Source: Eledone cirrhosa (lineage: Eukaryota). Taken from it: DNA of 64,000 nucleotides. This document shows, one piece after another, positions 29,111-41,265 of the stretch. Each line of letters opens with the position of its first letter. Within the stretch, counting starts at the first letter, position 1. The DNA lies in the NCBI GenBank assembly GCA_964016885.1, contig OZ024747.1, forward strand, positions 76,570,001-76,634,000, read 5' to 3'. The position numbers were made by a program, and so were the translations under genes. The notes below the pieces were generated by a model. It made no database searches, was not told the origin of the DNA, and saw nothing but the letters and a program-made list of their open reading frames with translations.

Positions 29111-29855
29111 CAAATACATATAATTCAATGCTAATTGGATCATACAACATTTATACACATTTGTTGTTATTTAGCACCGCGTCTAAAATGGTCCAATACA
29201 CTCTTGATCAAATGTGTTCTAGCCATAACCAGCCAAACTCTCCAGACACATTTCATCTAAAACTATATCTCTTCCATTTTCTTCTAAAAGAAACGACGTG
29301 GTATTAAATATCTAAGTATTTAAAAGTCTGAGTGAAATTGTGAAAACTGTTTATAAATTTGACTTAATCATTACGAACGTGATTTACGGTCTTAAATACT
29401 ATAATTGTATTAAGAATGGAGTATGATTTGAGAAAGACTACGATGCTGTTTCTAATAGGTTGAGCAGTCTTGTCGAAATATCTTCATCAACTCACATATT
29501 AAAATGAGATAATATGGGAGCTAAATCAAATTATAATTTATGTAATAGAAAAGCATGCAGATTGTGTTGTGTTTTTGTTCTTTCTTCTCATCTATGAAAC
29601 ACTATTGAATTATAAATAACCAGATTATTCTTGAAACTCTGCAGTGTTATGAGAACTCTGGGTCAAATACTGATTTAAGTATGGTCGCAAATCTTCTGAA
29701 AATAGACAAAGTTGATGACGTAAATTACAGATAATAATAATCTTAAAGCAACTGATATAGGATTAAAAAGAAATAGAGATGTAGAAGAGACAACCTATAA
29801 TATTAAATAGTTTGAAATTTTGAAATATTTAAAGATGATTATAATCTGAAGTTAA

Positions 29856-30073
29856 CCCTTTAGCATTTACATTACTCTATATATACTATTGTATTTTCAC
29901 AGTAAACACTTTATCTCACATACTTATCCAACATGATATCGAATCTATGAGATTTTGATATTATTTATTTTGAGAACAAGACATTAACAAAGTATGAGCA
30001 GTCGAGTATGGCCAGTTTGAACAGAAAGGTGAGAGAATTCTGACCGGATATGGCCGGTTTAAATGCTAAAGGG
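29856..30073. mobile_element. piggyBac-type MITE, 218 bp
   Basis: 14-bp terminal inverted repeats CCCTTTAGCATTTA / TAAATGCTAAAGGG flanked by TTAA at 29852-29855 and 30074-30077. Confidence 0.85.
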
Positions 30074-30131
30074 TTAAGGATTTACATATAAGTAAAGAGA
30101 AATATGTTTGTGTCTTTGTATGGTTATCGAT

Positions 30132-30451
30132 TGGCTTTGACGGGTTTTGAAATGCCATAGAAACAACGTATGTCAACACGGCGACCATACAACTCCTTTA
30201 AGAGTTACGGGACCATACATACATACATACATACATACATACATACATACATACATACACACATACATACATACATACATACATATGTACATACATACAT
30301 ATGTACATACATACATACATGCATACATACATACATACATACATACATACATACATACATACATACATACATACATACATACATGCATACATACATACAT
30401 ACATACATACATACATACATACATACATACATACATACATACATACATACA
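30132..30451 (+). mobile_element. Family B 3' tail fragment followed by expanded (CATA)n tail
   Basis: gaaatgccatagaaacaacgtatgtcaa...gagttacgggacc(atac)n matches family B sense ends. Confidence 0.6.
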
Positions 30452-30453
30452 TA

Positions 30454-32312
30454 GTTAGCTAAAGTCCCACAACCATTGGTAGCTGCTGTTGAACGCCTGA
30501 CCAAGAACTGGTACACCAATTTGATCCTTAGAGGTGAGAAGGAGCAAGTTAAGACTGATAAGATACATTACCAGAAGGGCATCTTTCAGGGTGATAGCTT
30601 GTCAGTGCTACTCTTCGTTCTCTCACAGAATCCACTATCTTACCTACTCAGGAAACAAGGTGGACAAAGAAGTGGGCCCAGAAGTATCTCCCATCTTTTC
30701 TTTGTTGATGACCTGAAGTTGTATGGGCCAAATATCAATGACATCAAGAAACAATTGGACCTCATTACACAATTTTCAACCGACATCAAAATGAAATTTG
30801 GTGAGTCCAAGTGTGCATATTTGGCAATAAAACGTGGAAGAGCTGTGCCCTCCTCTAGAAATCTAGAGATGAACGGCCTGACAATACAACCTATGCAGTC
30901 AGGTGACAACTACAGATATCTTGGACAGGATGAGAATGTCAGATATGATGGACCCATAAATAAGGAGAGAACCAGAACTGAATACCTCAGAAGAGTAAAG
31001 AAAATATGGTTATCAGAACTGTCAGCATACAACAAATACATTGCCCACAATACTTATGCTGTGCCAATTCTAACGCCATTTGGCCTGCTGAACTGGTCAT
31101 TGCAAGAACTAAGTTAGATGGATGTTAGAACTCGAAAACTTCTCAGTGTTACTGGGAACTTTAACATCAATGGTGATGTGGATAGGCTATACTTCTCACG
31201 CAAGGAAGGTGGCCGGGGTCTAAAATCAATATTAATAACATATGAGACCCGGATAGTAACACTGAAGCAACACCTTCAACAGAGGAAAAAGGTTGGCAAC
31301 CATCTTGCCCAGGTTTATGAGCATGAAAAATAAAATATCATTAGAATAGCGACTGATCTGGAGGAGAGATATGGAATAAAGCCTGATATAAATCTCTCAC
31401 CCAGAGAAATCGGAAGATCCTATTCAATGTTCAAACAAGATAAAAAAAATTGACCAATTTACAGAAAAAGTTGTGCATGGATACTTGAGGCGTAAAACAC
31501 AGACCATAGAGGGGATAAACCACTCAAAAAGCCTGGCATGGAGTTCCGACAAGTTTATGACATCACACCTTGAGGGATATCTCTATGCAATACAGGAACA
31601 AGAACTCCCTACCAAATATCTGCTGCACAAAAGAGGAGGGCCATCAGCTGACAATAAATGTAGGCTATGTAAAACAAAGATCGAGGGTGTAAGCCACATT
31701 GTTGCCAGCTGCGAAAGAATGTCATCTCGCTACTACCTCCCCATGAGACACGATGGGATAGCTAGAACCATCTGGAACGCACTTCGGAAAACAAAATTAA
31801 CAACAAACGAGGAAGAATATATTGAGACAGATGTCACTAAGGAATACTGGTGGAACCTGAAAATAAAAACTGCCACCAAATTAAAGCACAACTGGCCTGA
31901 TATTGTTGTTTGGGACCACACATTGAAAACGTGTTCTGTTGTGGAGATCAGCCGCCCACTTGATGTAAAAGTTGTCAGAAAAATACAGGAGAAGGAGGAC
32001 ATCTACGGACCATTGATGAGGAGTTTACAAATCCAGTATCCAAGATACACCTTTAGCTTCATACCCATCATTATTGGAGCTACGGGTTATATACCAACCC
32101 GCTTGGACCAAAGTATGACTGAACTTGGATTTGCGGACAAAAAGCGCAGCTCCCTAATTCATAGTCTACAAATGGCTGCGATAGCTGGCACCTTCAAAAT
32201 TTGCAAAACATTCTTGCGATTCAAGGGATGACAATTTCTTTTCTTTTACAACCTTGCCACCAGGAAGGTGGCCGGTCAAAAAAATATACTCGAAATTAAG
32301 AGAAAGAGATAT
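30454..32312 (+). mobile_element. R4/Dong-type LINE family A, 5'-truncated within the RT; disrupted ORF
   Basis: GIFQGDSLS, HLFFVDDLKLY, YRYLG, RLYFSRKEGGRGL, CRLCK...SHIVASC zinc knuckle, RHDGIA and PDIVVWD...VVEIS (PD-D/ExK RLE). Confidence 0.95.
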
Positions 32313-32377
32313 AACATACATACATACATACATACATACATACATACATACATACATACATACATACATACATACAT

Positions 32378-35300
32378 TAGTCAACGCGATCAGTCGCATA
32401 TTTTGGCGTGGGAGACTATTTATTAAATTTAAGATGAATACTACCTCCGACAGTAATGCCACAACTACAGCCAGGTTGAATAACTGGTTATTCTGCTAAC
32501 TATCCCTTCTGAAGACACCTTTTATTCGAATTCGTAGAGATATCCGACTAAATACATAATTCATTTTACAAGGATTTGCTACAAACAGCATGGCTGAACA
32601 CAACATCAACAAGAAAATTAAGGAAGGTTCGAAGACAAATAACAAAGAAGGTAATCAAACTTTATTCAGTTGTAGCTACAGAAGAAACCGAAATTATAAA
32701 TCGCATTTCTCTTGGAGTTGCGAACTTAATAATGATTTATATAATTGTTATAAAATGGCAAAAAACAATCCCTCCATTGGCTATATGAATAGAATGAAGC
32801 TACACTGGGACGAAATGCACCCAGAGCTGAATTATTTCACAGCGAAACAATTACGGCAACAAACGACGTTTGTTGAACGTAAAAATAAGATAAATATTAT
32901 TAATTGTAAGTCCCCCACAACAAACATGGAATCAACAACACGTGCTACAGATCGCCATGCTACTAGACTTCCTAGCAGCCAGGTCAACAGCGCCTGTTTA
33001 TATGCCTTAGCAATGACAGTGAAGCATTATCTTGGTGATAGCAGAGATAGTAACAAGAACTAAACACCACCAAAAATACCGTCATATATAACTAAAATAG
33101 AAAAAAAGAGTGCTGACCTACGAAAAAACATAGGACATGTGATAATGCTCCTTACATGCAAACAAACACAAAAAAAACCTCACTCCTCACCAACAAAGAG
33201 TGAAAAATAAAATAGAGACGATGTTTGGTGACAGTAGAACCAGAACTCTCCAATATAAGCTGATCACCCTAAAACAAGAATTGAGAGCTGTTAGCGAAAA
33301 ACGCCGATACCTGAAGAAAGTAGATGAGAGAAAAATGCTTAATAAAAGATTCAGACGAAACCAAACATCAGTCTATAGAGATATGAAGGGCAAAATAATA
33401 AGTGTCACTGAGGCCCCATCCCAGAAAGACATAGATTCCTTTTGGAGAAAAATATGGGGTGAAAAGAAGAATTTCAACCAAGATGCAGTGTGGCTAAGAG
33501 AAATCCGAAAGAACTATTGCACCTACACTACAATAAAAACATACGAAATTGTGATAGGAAAACTCCAAGATAAGAAAACACCAGGAAGAGACATGATTGT
33601 CGGCTACTGGTACAAAAAACTAATATTCTATCGGAGGTATCATACTGACCTCTACCAACAAGTTCTTAAGGGAGATACACTTATACCAGAATGGTTGACA
33701 TTAGCACAAACGTTACTGGTCCCCAAGAACAAAGACACCCACTTGGCAAAAAACTACCGACCCATTGCATGCCAGAACCTGATGTATAAGATGTATACAG
33801 CCTGCCTCAACCTATTCCTCCAAGATCACTGTGAAAATAATAACATCATCACAGATGAACAAGCAGCTGGAAAGAAAAGGGTTTGGGGATGTGCTGAACA
33901 ACTCCTAATCAACAAAACTGCGATGTCGGAGGTGCGACAACTTAGGAGGAATATGGCTACAGTCTGGCTGGACTACAAGAAAGCTTTCGATTCTGTTCCC
34001 CACTCTTGGATGATAGAGGCCCTCCAACTTGCTAAAGTCCCAGACATTATTGTCAGAGCCATAGAGAGGCTGTCTTCTTCTTGGGCTACTATCCTAAGGT
34101 TAAAGACAGAGAGGGAGGACTCTATTTTCACTGATAAAATAAAATATTGCAGGGGTATATTTCAGGGGGACAGTCTCTCTGTGATATTGTTCATCTTGTC
34201 ATTAAATCCCTTGTCCTTTCTGCTCAAGAAATGTGAGGGATACATCATTGGCTCACAGGAGGACAGAAATACGAACCTAACCCATATCTTCTTTGCGGAC
34301 GATCTGAAACTCTATGCCAAGAACATGGATGGGATGAAGAAAAATCTTGACCTGGTTACAACGTTCTCAAAGGATATAGGAATGGAGTTTGGCCAAGATA
34401 AATGCTCATACATGACTGTAAAGCGGGGAAAAACAACAACCCAATCTAGCAACATTGTCATCAATGGTCTAACTGTTTCACCGATATCTGATGAGGACTG
34501 CTACAGATACCTGGGGATAGATGAGAACATATCCTATAATGGTATCTGTAATAAAGAACGCGTAACCAGTGAATACTACACCTGATTAAGAAAGATCTGG
34601 TCATCGGAACTCTCTGCGCAAAACAAAACAGTGGCTCACAATGTGTTTACTGTGCCTGTCCTAACACTAACGTTTGGAATACTCAATTGGACAATAGACG
34701 AAATCCGAGCAGTTGATGTTGGAACTCGAAAAATACTGAACAACACCGGAAACTTCCACATCAACAGTAACATAGACCGCCTTTACTTGAAACGTAAGCA
34801 GGGAGGCAGTCCAGACAACATTTGAATGTCGCATCATATCTCTCCGACAACATCTACGAATCTCGAAGCGTAAGAGCCCGCTTCTTGAGCAAGTCTATCT
34901 GCATGAAACAGATAAGATCATGAGAGTTGGGAAGGAACTCCTTGAGAGATATTCCCATTGTGATAATCAAAAACTCACACCCAGGGATGTCGCTCAGCAG
35001 AATCGCAGTGAATCCATGGATGAAAAACTGCATGCCTATCAGCAAAAAATCATGCATGGATATGTTGCCAGGAAGCTCCAGAGTGAGAGTAATATAGATA
35101 AGGAAAGTAGTCTATCTTGGACCAACAACCGCTATATGGCTCCCACTTGAAGGATACGCTTTTGCAATCCAAGAACATGAGATTAGCACGAAATACCTGA
35201 TTCACAAAAGAGATAGGGATGCAGGCAAAACACCTAGATGTGATAACAAGTGCAGACTCTGCAGAACTAACATCGAGGATATCACCCATGTCATCAGCAG

Positions 35301-36068
35301 CTGCCCAAAGATGTCATCGCGGTACTATCTACCTATGAGGAATGATGTAGTGGCCAAAACACTGTACAATGCAGTTCGTAAAAAAGATAGCCACGATAAC
35401 AAACACATTAAAAGCTACAACAATGTGGAAGACATCCATGTACATAATATGAAAGAGTACTGGTGGAATGTTCCAGTAAAAACCCCAATAAAATGCAGGC
35501 ATAACAGACCAGACAGGGAGAAGAAAACATGCACAGTAGTGGAAATTAGCTGCCCAGCAGATGCCAATATAATATCAAAGATTAGTGAAAAGGAGAATAT
35601 TTATGCAGAACTGATGAGAAATCTGCAGATACTCCACCCTGATTACACCTTCAGATTTATGCCTGTGATTATTGGGGCACTGGGATATGTTAGTAACTGC
35701 CTCAATACAAATCTTGAGAAGCTAGGCTTCACAGGAACAGAAAGAACACAACTAGTTAGGAAACTACAAGTACAATCCATTAATGGAACAGTAAAAATAT
35801 GTAAAACATTCCAAAAATGTTGCATCTAATAACTGCATATACACATGTACAGATACAAAGCATATGCACATGCACACATACAACTCAAAACATACACATC
35901 CACACATACAATAACATCTATATCTACACATGCATGCATGCAGACATACATACATATCTACCTAGTTGATGTTGTGTAAATTCCAATGAGAGAGTCTTGT
36001 GTCTATGTTAGAAACCGACTCTCTCTCTATTGCTAAAACTTTGTGAAATTATAAAACCAGAAGAATAT
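32378..36068 (+). mobile_element. R4/Dong-type LINE family B, near full length with deletions and stops
   Basis: N-terminal Myb-like W...LYNCY...GYMNRMKLHWDEMHPE; RT motifs NYRPIAC, WLDYKKAFDSVPH, GIFQGDSLS, FFADDLKLY; CRLC...HVISSC; HNRPD...VVEISCP; (TACA)n on both sides. Confidence 0.95.
33200..34585 (+). pseudogene. Longest intact reverse-transcriptase frame of R4 family B (461 aa)
   Basis: ORF track; non-LTR RT motifs; ends at a premature TGA with homologous coding sequence continuing downstream. Confidence 0.9.
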
Positions 36069-36256
36069 ACATACATACATACACACATACATATATACAT
36101 ATGTACATACATACATACATATGTACATACATACATATGTACATACATACATACATGCATACATACATACATACATACATACATACATACATACATACAT
36201 ACATACATACATACATACATACATACATACATACATACATACATACATACATACAT

Positions 36257-36667
36257 GGTGGCTGCCAACTCGTTTTCGAGTACGGCCACTACTTTATATC
36301 CATGTAGGAGAACCCCTACCGATGCGCTGAACGAGTGTGACTTTTTAATCCAGCCAGCGACTTGAAAACTCTGGTGCAAACACTACACATGTGACAAATA
36401 CTGACACATAGTGCTGGGCCCATGGTACCATGTGACGACAAGTGCAGAGAGATCTCCAGATATAAAGCAATGCCTGTGCCGTGAAGCTTTTATAGTGAGC
36501 AAAGGCACTGCACAAAGCCAGTCCCACTCTCTTAACGAAGATGATATTTACCAAAAAGAAGAACAAGTCAACATCATTGGATACCATCAGGGTTGCAGGT
36601 GTTATATCAGAGTTTTTATTCTCCTAGAATTCTGCCTTGACAAAGGCTAAGGGGTCATCTCTCCCGG
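36257..36667 (-). mobile_element. Non-autonomous bipartite RTE derivative, copy b (5'-truncated)
   Basis: Near-identical to copies a and c. Confidence 0.8.
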
Positions 36668-36689
36668 GGAAACATATATACATACATAC

Positions 36690-36917
36690 ATGTACATACG
36701 CATGTACAGATACAAAGCGTATGCACATGTACACATACAACTCAAAACATACACATCCACACATACAATAACATTCATACCTACACATACATGCATGCAT
36801 ACATATCTACCTAGTTGATGTTGTGTAAATTCCAGTTAGAGAATCTTGTGTCTATGTTAGAAACCGACTCTCTCTCTATTGGCAAACATTTGTGAAATTA
36901 TAAAACCAGAAGAAGAT
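36690..36917 (+). mobile_element. R4 family B 3' UTR-only copy
   Basis: Matches 35840-36068, ending aaaaccagaagaa before (TACA)n. Confidence 0.85.
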
Positions 36918-37006
36918 ACATACATACATACATACATACATACATACATACATACATACATACATACATACATACATACATACATACATACATACATACA
37001 TACATA

Positions 37007-37402
37007 ATGGCTTCCCCTTCGTTATCGAGTATGGCCATTGCACGATATGCCATTATTAATAATTATCAATTAATTCTACCGTGCAATGCCTGTGCGTGAA
37101 GATATTTTTTAAAGTGAGGAAAGACTGTGCACTGAGCCAGTCCCACTCTCTGAGTGACAGTAGCTATAACCCGAAAAGACGAAAAGATCAACATCATCGG
37201 TAACTACTGAGCCGCAGGTTTTATATCGGAGTTATCGCAGTTTCCTGAGTTGCCGTCACCTAGAAGAATGCCCTGACAAAGGCTAGGGGTCCTTCACTCC
37301 CAGTGATTTAACCGTGCGGTACATGTGTCCATACATATTTACACACTTTTGGATGACCGTTGACTCTTATGAGTTGTTCCGCCCTTTGTCAGGTTTTTTT
37401 TT
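37007..37402 (-). mobile_element. Sister non-autonomous RTE derivative
   Basis: Diverged version of the same 5' module (gagagtgggactggct...cacaggcattgc) joined to a short tail ggccatactcgataacgaaggggaagccatt. Confidence 0.7.
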
Positions 37403-37565
37403 GTACATACATACATATATACAAACATATATACATACATACATACATACGTACATACATACAAACAAACATACATACATACATACATACATACATACAT
37501 ACATACATACATACATACATACATACATACATACATACTTACATACATACATACATACATACATA

Positions 37566-38530
37566 CGTGGATATCAGAAGCTGATTCACGCTCCGGTGGT
37601 TGATGACTAAACCAATCCCCTACCAGAACCTGCTCTGGTCAAATCAGACCTCTGCCTGCCACTGGTACCATGTACCCTAGTAAATCCTGCTTCAAGGTCG
37701 AGTTGTTGGCAACTAAACCGGCATCCCCTCCAGACCCTGGTGAGGAGTGTAAGTTGAAACCCAGCAGCACAAATAAACTAAGAGCTGTTAAAAGGGGTGG
37801 ATGAACTCCTCAGAGTCAATGACCATCCACCCTAACTATGGGTTAAATAGCCTCACCAACCCACAATTGGCCAAGCGTGGTGAGTACGGCTACACCCCTG
37901 ACATGACCATCTACCCTAACTATGGGTTAAATAGCCTCACCCACCCACAATTGGCCAAGCGTGGTGAGTACGGCTACACCCCTGGCATGACCATCTACCC
38001 TAGCTATGGGTTAAATAGCCTCACCCACCCACAATTATCAAGCGTGGTGAGTACGGCTACATCCCTGACATGACCATCTACCCTAACTGTGGATTAAATA
38101 GCCTCACCCACCCACAATTATCAAGCGTGGTGAGTACGGCTACACCCCTGACATGACCATCTACCCTAACTATGGGTTAAATAGCCTCACCCACCCACAA
38201 TTATCAAGCGTGGTGAGTACGGCTACACCCCTGACATGACCATCTACCCTAACTGTGGATTAAATAGCCTCACCCACCCACAATTATCAAGCGTGGTGAG
38301 TACGGCTACACCCCTGACATGACCATCTACCCTAACTGTGGATTAAATAGCCTCTCCAAACTGGCCAAGCGTGGTGAGTATTGCTACACCTCATAAGACA
38401 TGACCAAAACCAAACAGAAAGTCGTGGAGGTCAACCAGGGAGGGGTTACTCCGACAGGAGTGAGAAGGCATGGAGGTCAACCAGGGAGGGGTTCCTCTAA
38501 GAAAAGTGAGAAGGCCCTGGATGTGGCTTT
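37566..38530 (+). mobile_element. RTE-related 5' UTR element containing a tandem array
   Basis: 37637-37830 aligns with 50800-50990 (ctaaaccggca, ggtgaggag, agagtcaatgaccatcc). Confidence 0.6.
37819..38405 (+). repeat. Seven-unit 83/84-bp tandem repeat
   Basis: Units start at 37819, 37903, 37987, 38070, 38153, 38236 and 38319. Confidence 0.95.
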
Positions 38531-38789
38531 ATATTTATATTTGGACTATATTCAACACTGATGTTATAGAGAGACGTACGAGATATTTAGAAATGATGTG
38601 GGAGGAAACAATACAGACACACTATCCTACACAATTATTAGGAGATTCATAAACTAATTCCACAGAATTGAAATAAAAGAAAGCATAAAAAAATATACAG
38701 AAATATAATAAAACGACTTTACATCAAAAAGAAACTGGAACGAATCGATTAAAACATCATAACAGATGCTCCTGTTTGGGGTATTACTA

Positions 38790-38822
38790 CTGGTGATGAT
38801 GGAGATGATGCTGGTGGTTGTG

Positions 38823-38877
<55 letters not shown>

Positions 38878-38989
38878 GGGGGGTTGTGGTGGTTGTGGTG
38901 CGGATAGTAGTAGTAGTAGTAGTAGTAGTAGTAGCAGTGGGGTTGTGGGGATTGTGGTGGTTGTGGTGGAGATAGTAGTAGTAGTGGTG

Positions 38990-39056
<67 letters not shown>

Positions 39057-39195
39057 CGGTGGTGGTGGTGGTGGTGATTGTGATGATGGTGAATATTATG
39101 GTTAAGAGGGATTATGTTGATGATGGTGGCGATTATGGTGAAGAAGAAGAAGAAGAAGAAGAAGAAGAAGAAGAAGAAGAAGAAGAAGAAGAAGA
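38790..39195. repeat. (GTA)n, (GGT)n and (GAA)n microsatellites
   Basis: Seen directly. Confidence 0.95.
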
Positions 39196-40728
39196 ATCAG
39201 CAGACGATTAATATGTTATCCAAAACAAGTAAGATGTGCGAATCCCAGTATGGAACACCTATGGACTTTTGGTTTTTAATGGAGACCTAAGAACAGGACA
39301 TAAAAGACATGAAATACTTAGAGATATTAGTTTTGGAATATGCAGAAACACAAGTAATTTTGATAGAATAGAAACGAATTGATATCTGGACTTGGGGAAA
39401 TACGTGGAATGTTTCTTAATAAAAAAAAAATATATGAGATAATATAATATATAGCAGAGGTTTAGATGGTGTTTCCATTGTGCTTCCATACAAGTTAGAT
39501 GAAACGAACACTATATTCAATAAATCAATTACAACAATAACAAGCAGTATTAAATCGGCTGTGGATATGACAGCAAAATTGTTTTATACGGGAAGTGTTA
39601 AATGGAATTAATCAATAGCTCTATGATCTGAGTCACAGTACTATGAATTCTCAGAACGCCGTATTCTCAAATTTGTCGAGATAATACCAGTAGCTTACGA
39701 AAAAAACAAAATGAAAATATAAAAATTTGTCTTATTAGAGATTACAGTTTGTATGCGAGAGGATAATTGCAGGGGGTGTTAGGTACCCCGATTTGCAGAA
39801 GAGCAATTAGAAAGAATGTATAGATATAGAAAAAGGAATGGAAAGGTCATAAGGAATTTGAATTCTTTAAAGACTACAGCGATAACTATAGACTGCAAAC
39901 TGTTTAATATTTGAGGAATTACAAATAGACAAGCAATGGGTAGATAAATTACACTCGGAAAGAAAGAAACAGTATTACAGAGAAAAAAAACAAGATAAAA
40001 TTAGAAGAAATAACAGTTAAATGCAGCAAATTAACGAGTAACTTCTTGTTTATTCAAGGTGAAAAATGATCTCTACCGCAAAATGAATGTTACAAAGCAG
40101 TCAAGTGATTTGAGAAGAAATAATTTATTGAAATTTTGAGTGAGCGTAAGGGAGCGAATAACAGATCAGGTTTACTACGGATGGATAGAATTGCTGAAAT
40201 GTGAACGAAAATAGTTGAATATGGCAGAGATCCATTACAAGCAGAAACCACGATCTTACTCGAGTTATTTCGTAAAAGAAACTAAGCGCTACCAGAAAAT
40301 CAATTAGTATCGTAATGCTACAAAATGTCCTTCATTCCATTCCCTATTGTTCCTTATGTAGAAAAACTTCTGCGAAAAATATTTACCATAGTACGATATT
40401 TTGCTAAAGTAGTTCAAACCAGACTTTTAGTAAATGTTGTTGGGTAAATATTTGATAATCAGAGTTCCATACGAAGGTGTTATGCAGTTGGTATTACGGC
40501 AGACTGTTTGTTACTAATTGTTAGTGATATAAACTGTTATAGATAAACGAAGTGAAAATCTGTCTATATGTAGTTTTATAAGATTAGAATTAAAGCTATC
40601 ATATGGTGTAACGTCATTGGACACGTGTATATATGAGGACAAGTGTAATTAACAGATAGAAGTGGTTACTGGCGGGATTTCACGTGAATTTCTGATAGGT
40701 TGTAGTTAATCTCTAATTAGATATTGAT

Positions 40729-40812
40729 TATAGAATGTAAGCCCTTTACAACAGAATATAGAATGTAAGCCCCTTACAACAGAATATAGAATGTAAGCCC
40801 CTTACAACAGAA
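40729..40812. repeat. 28-bp tandem repeat, three copies
   Basis: tatagaatgtaagccccttacaacagaa repeated three times. Confidence 0.9.
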
Positions 40813-40954
40813 ATATCTTCGTTTTCTTTCTTATCATTGACGACTTCTGGGAAAGAAGAACTACGAGCTTGTTTCGGAGTGAACAATAACATAACACTGT
40901 AAGCGAGCCATAAATAATGTAAAAGACTATTTTAAAATATTGCATATAATATAT

Positions 40955-41265
40955 GTATGGACCCTTAACTATGGTGGAGTCGTAGGGGCGCCACATAGGC
41001 ATAAGGCATTTCTAGTGCATCTCTAAACCTGGCAGAGCCTCTCCATGTCTGAATACAGCAGGTTTCACCCAGAGAAAGGTAGAGTGTGAGAGGATGGAAG
41101 TGAGAAAAGGACAAAGAGGGGAAAATGATCCCAGTACTAGGCTGGTACTTCTTTTATCGATCTCAAATGGATGAAATGCAAAGTTGACTTCAGCGTGATT
41201 TAAACTTAGAAAGAAGAGAGCCGAAATGAATACCATTCTATCCGAATTCACCAGTTTTGTCTCCA
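40955..41265 (-). mobile_element. SINE family B
   Basis: Sense end ggcgcccctacgactccaccatagttaagggtccatacat. Confidence 0.7.

Noticed and set aside
37819-38405. CRISPR-like array, or twister ribozyme in each unit (cccTAActat...ggttaaatagcc...gtggtGAG)
   Set aside because: No unique spacers and eukaryotic context; the twister pseudoknot pairings are not satisfied
39200-40640. Possible ancient retroelement coding remnant (PIVPYVEKL)
   Set aside because: A single weak motif with frames too broken to classify by eye
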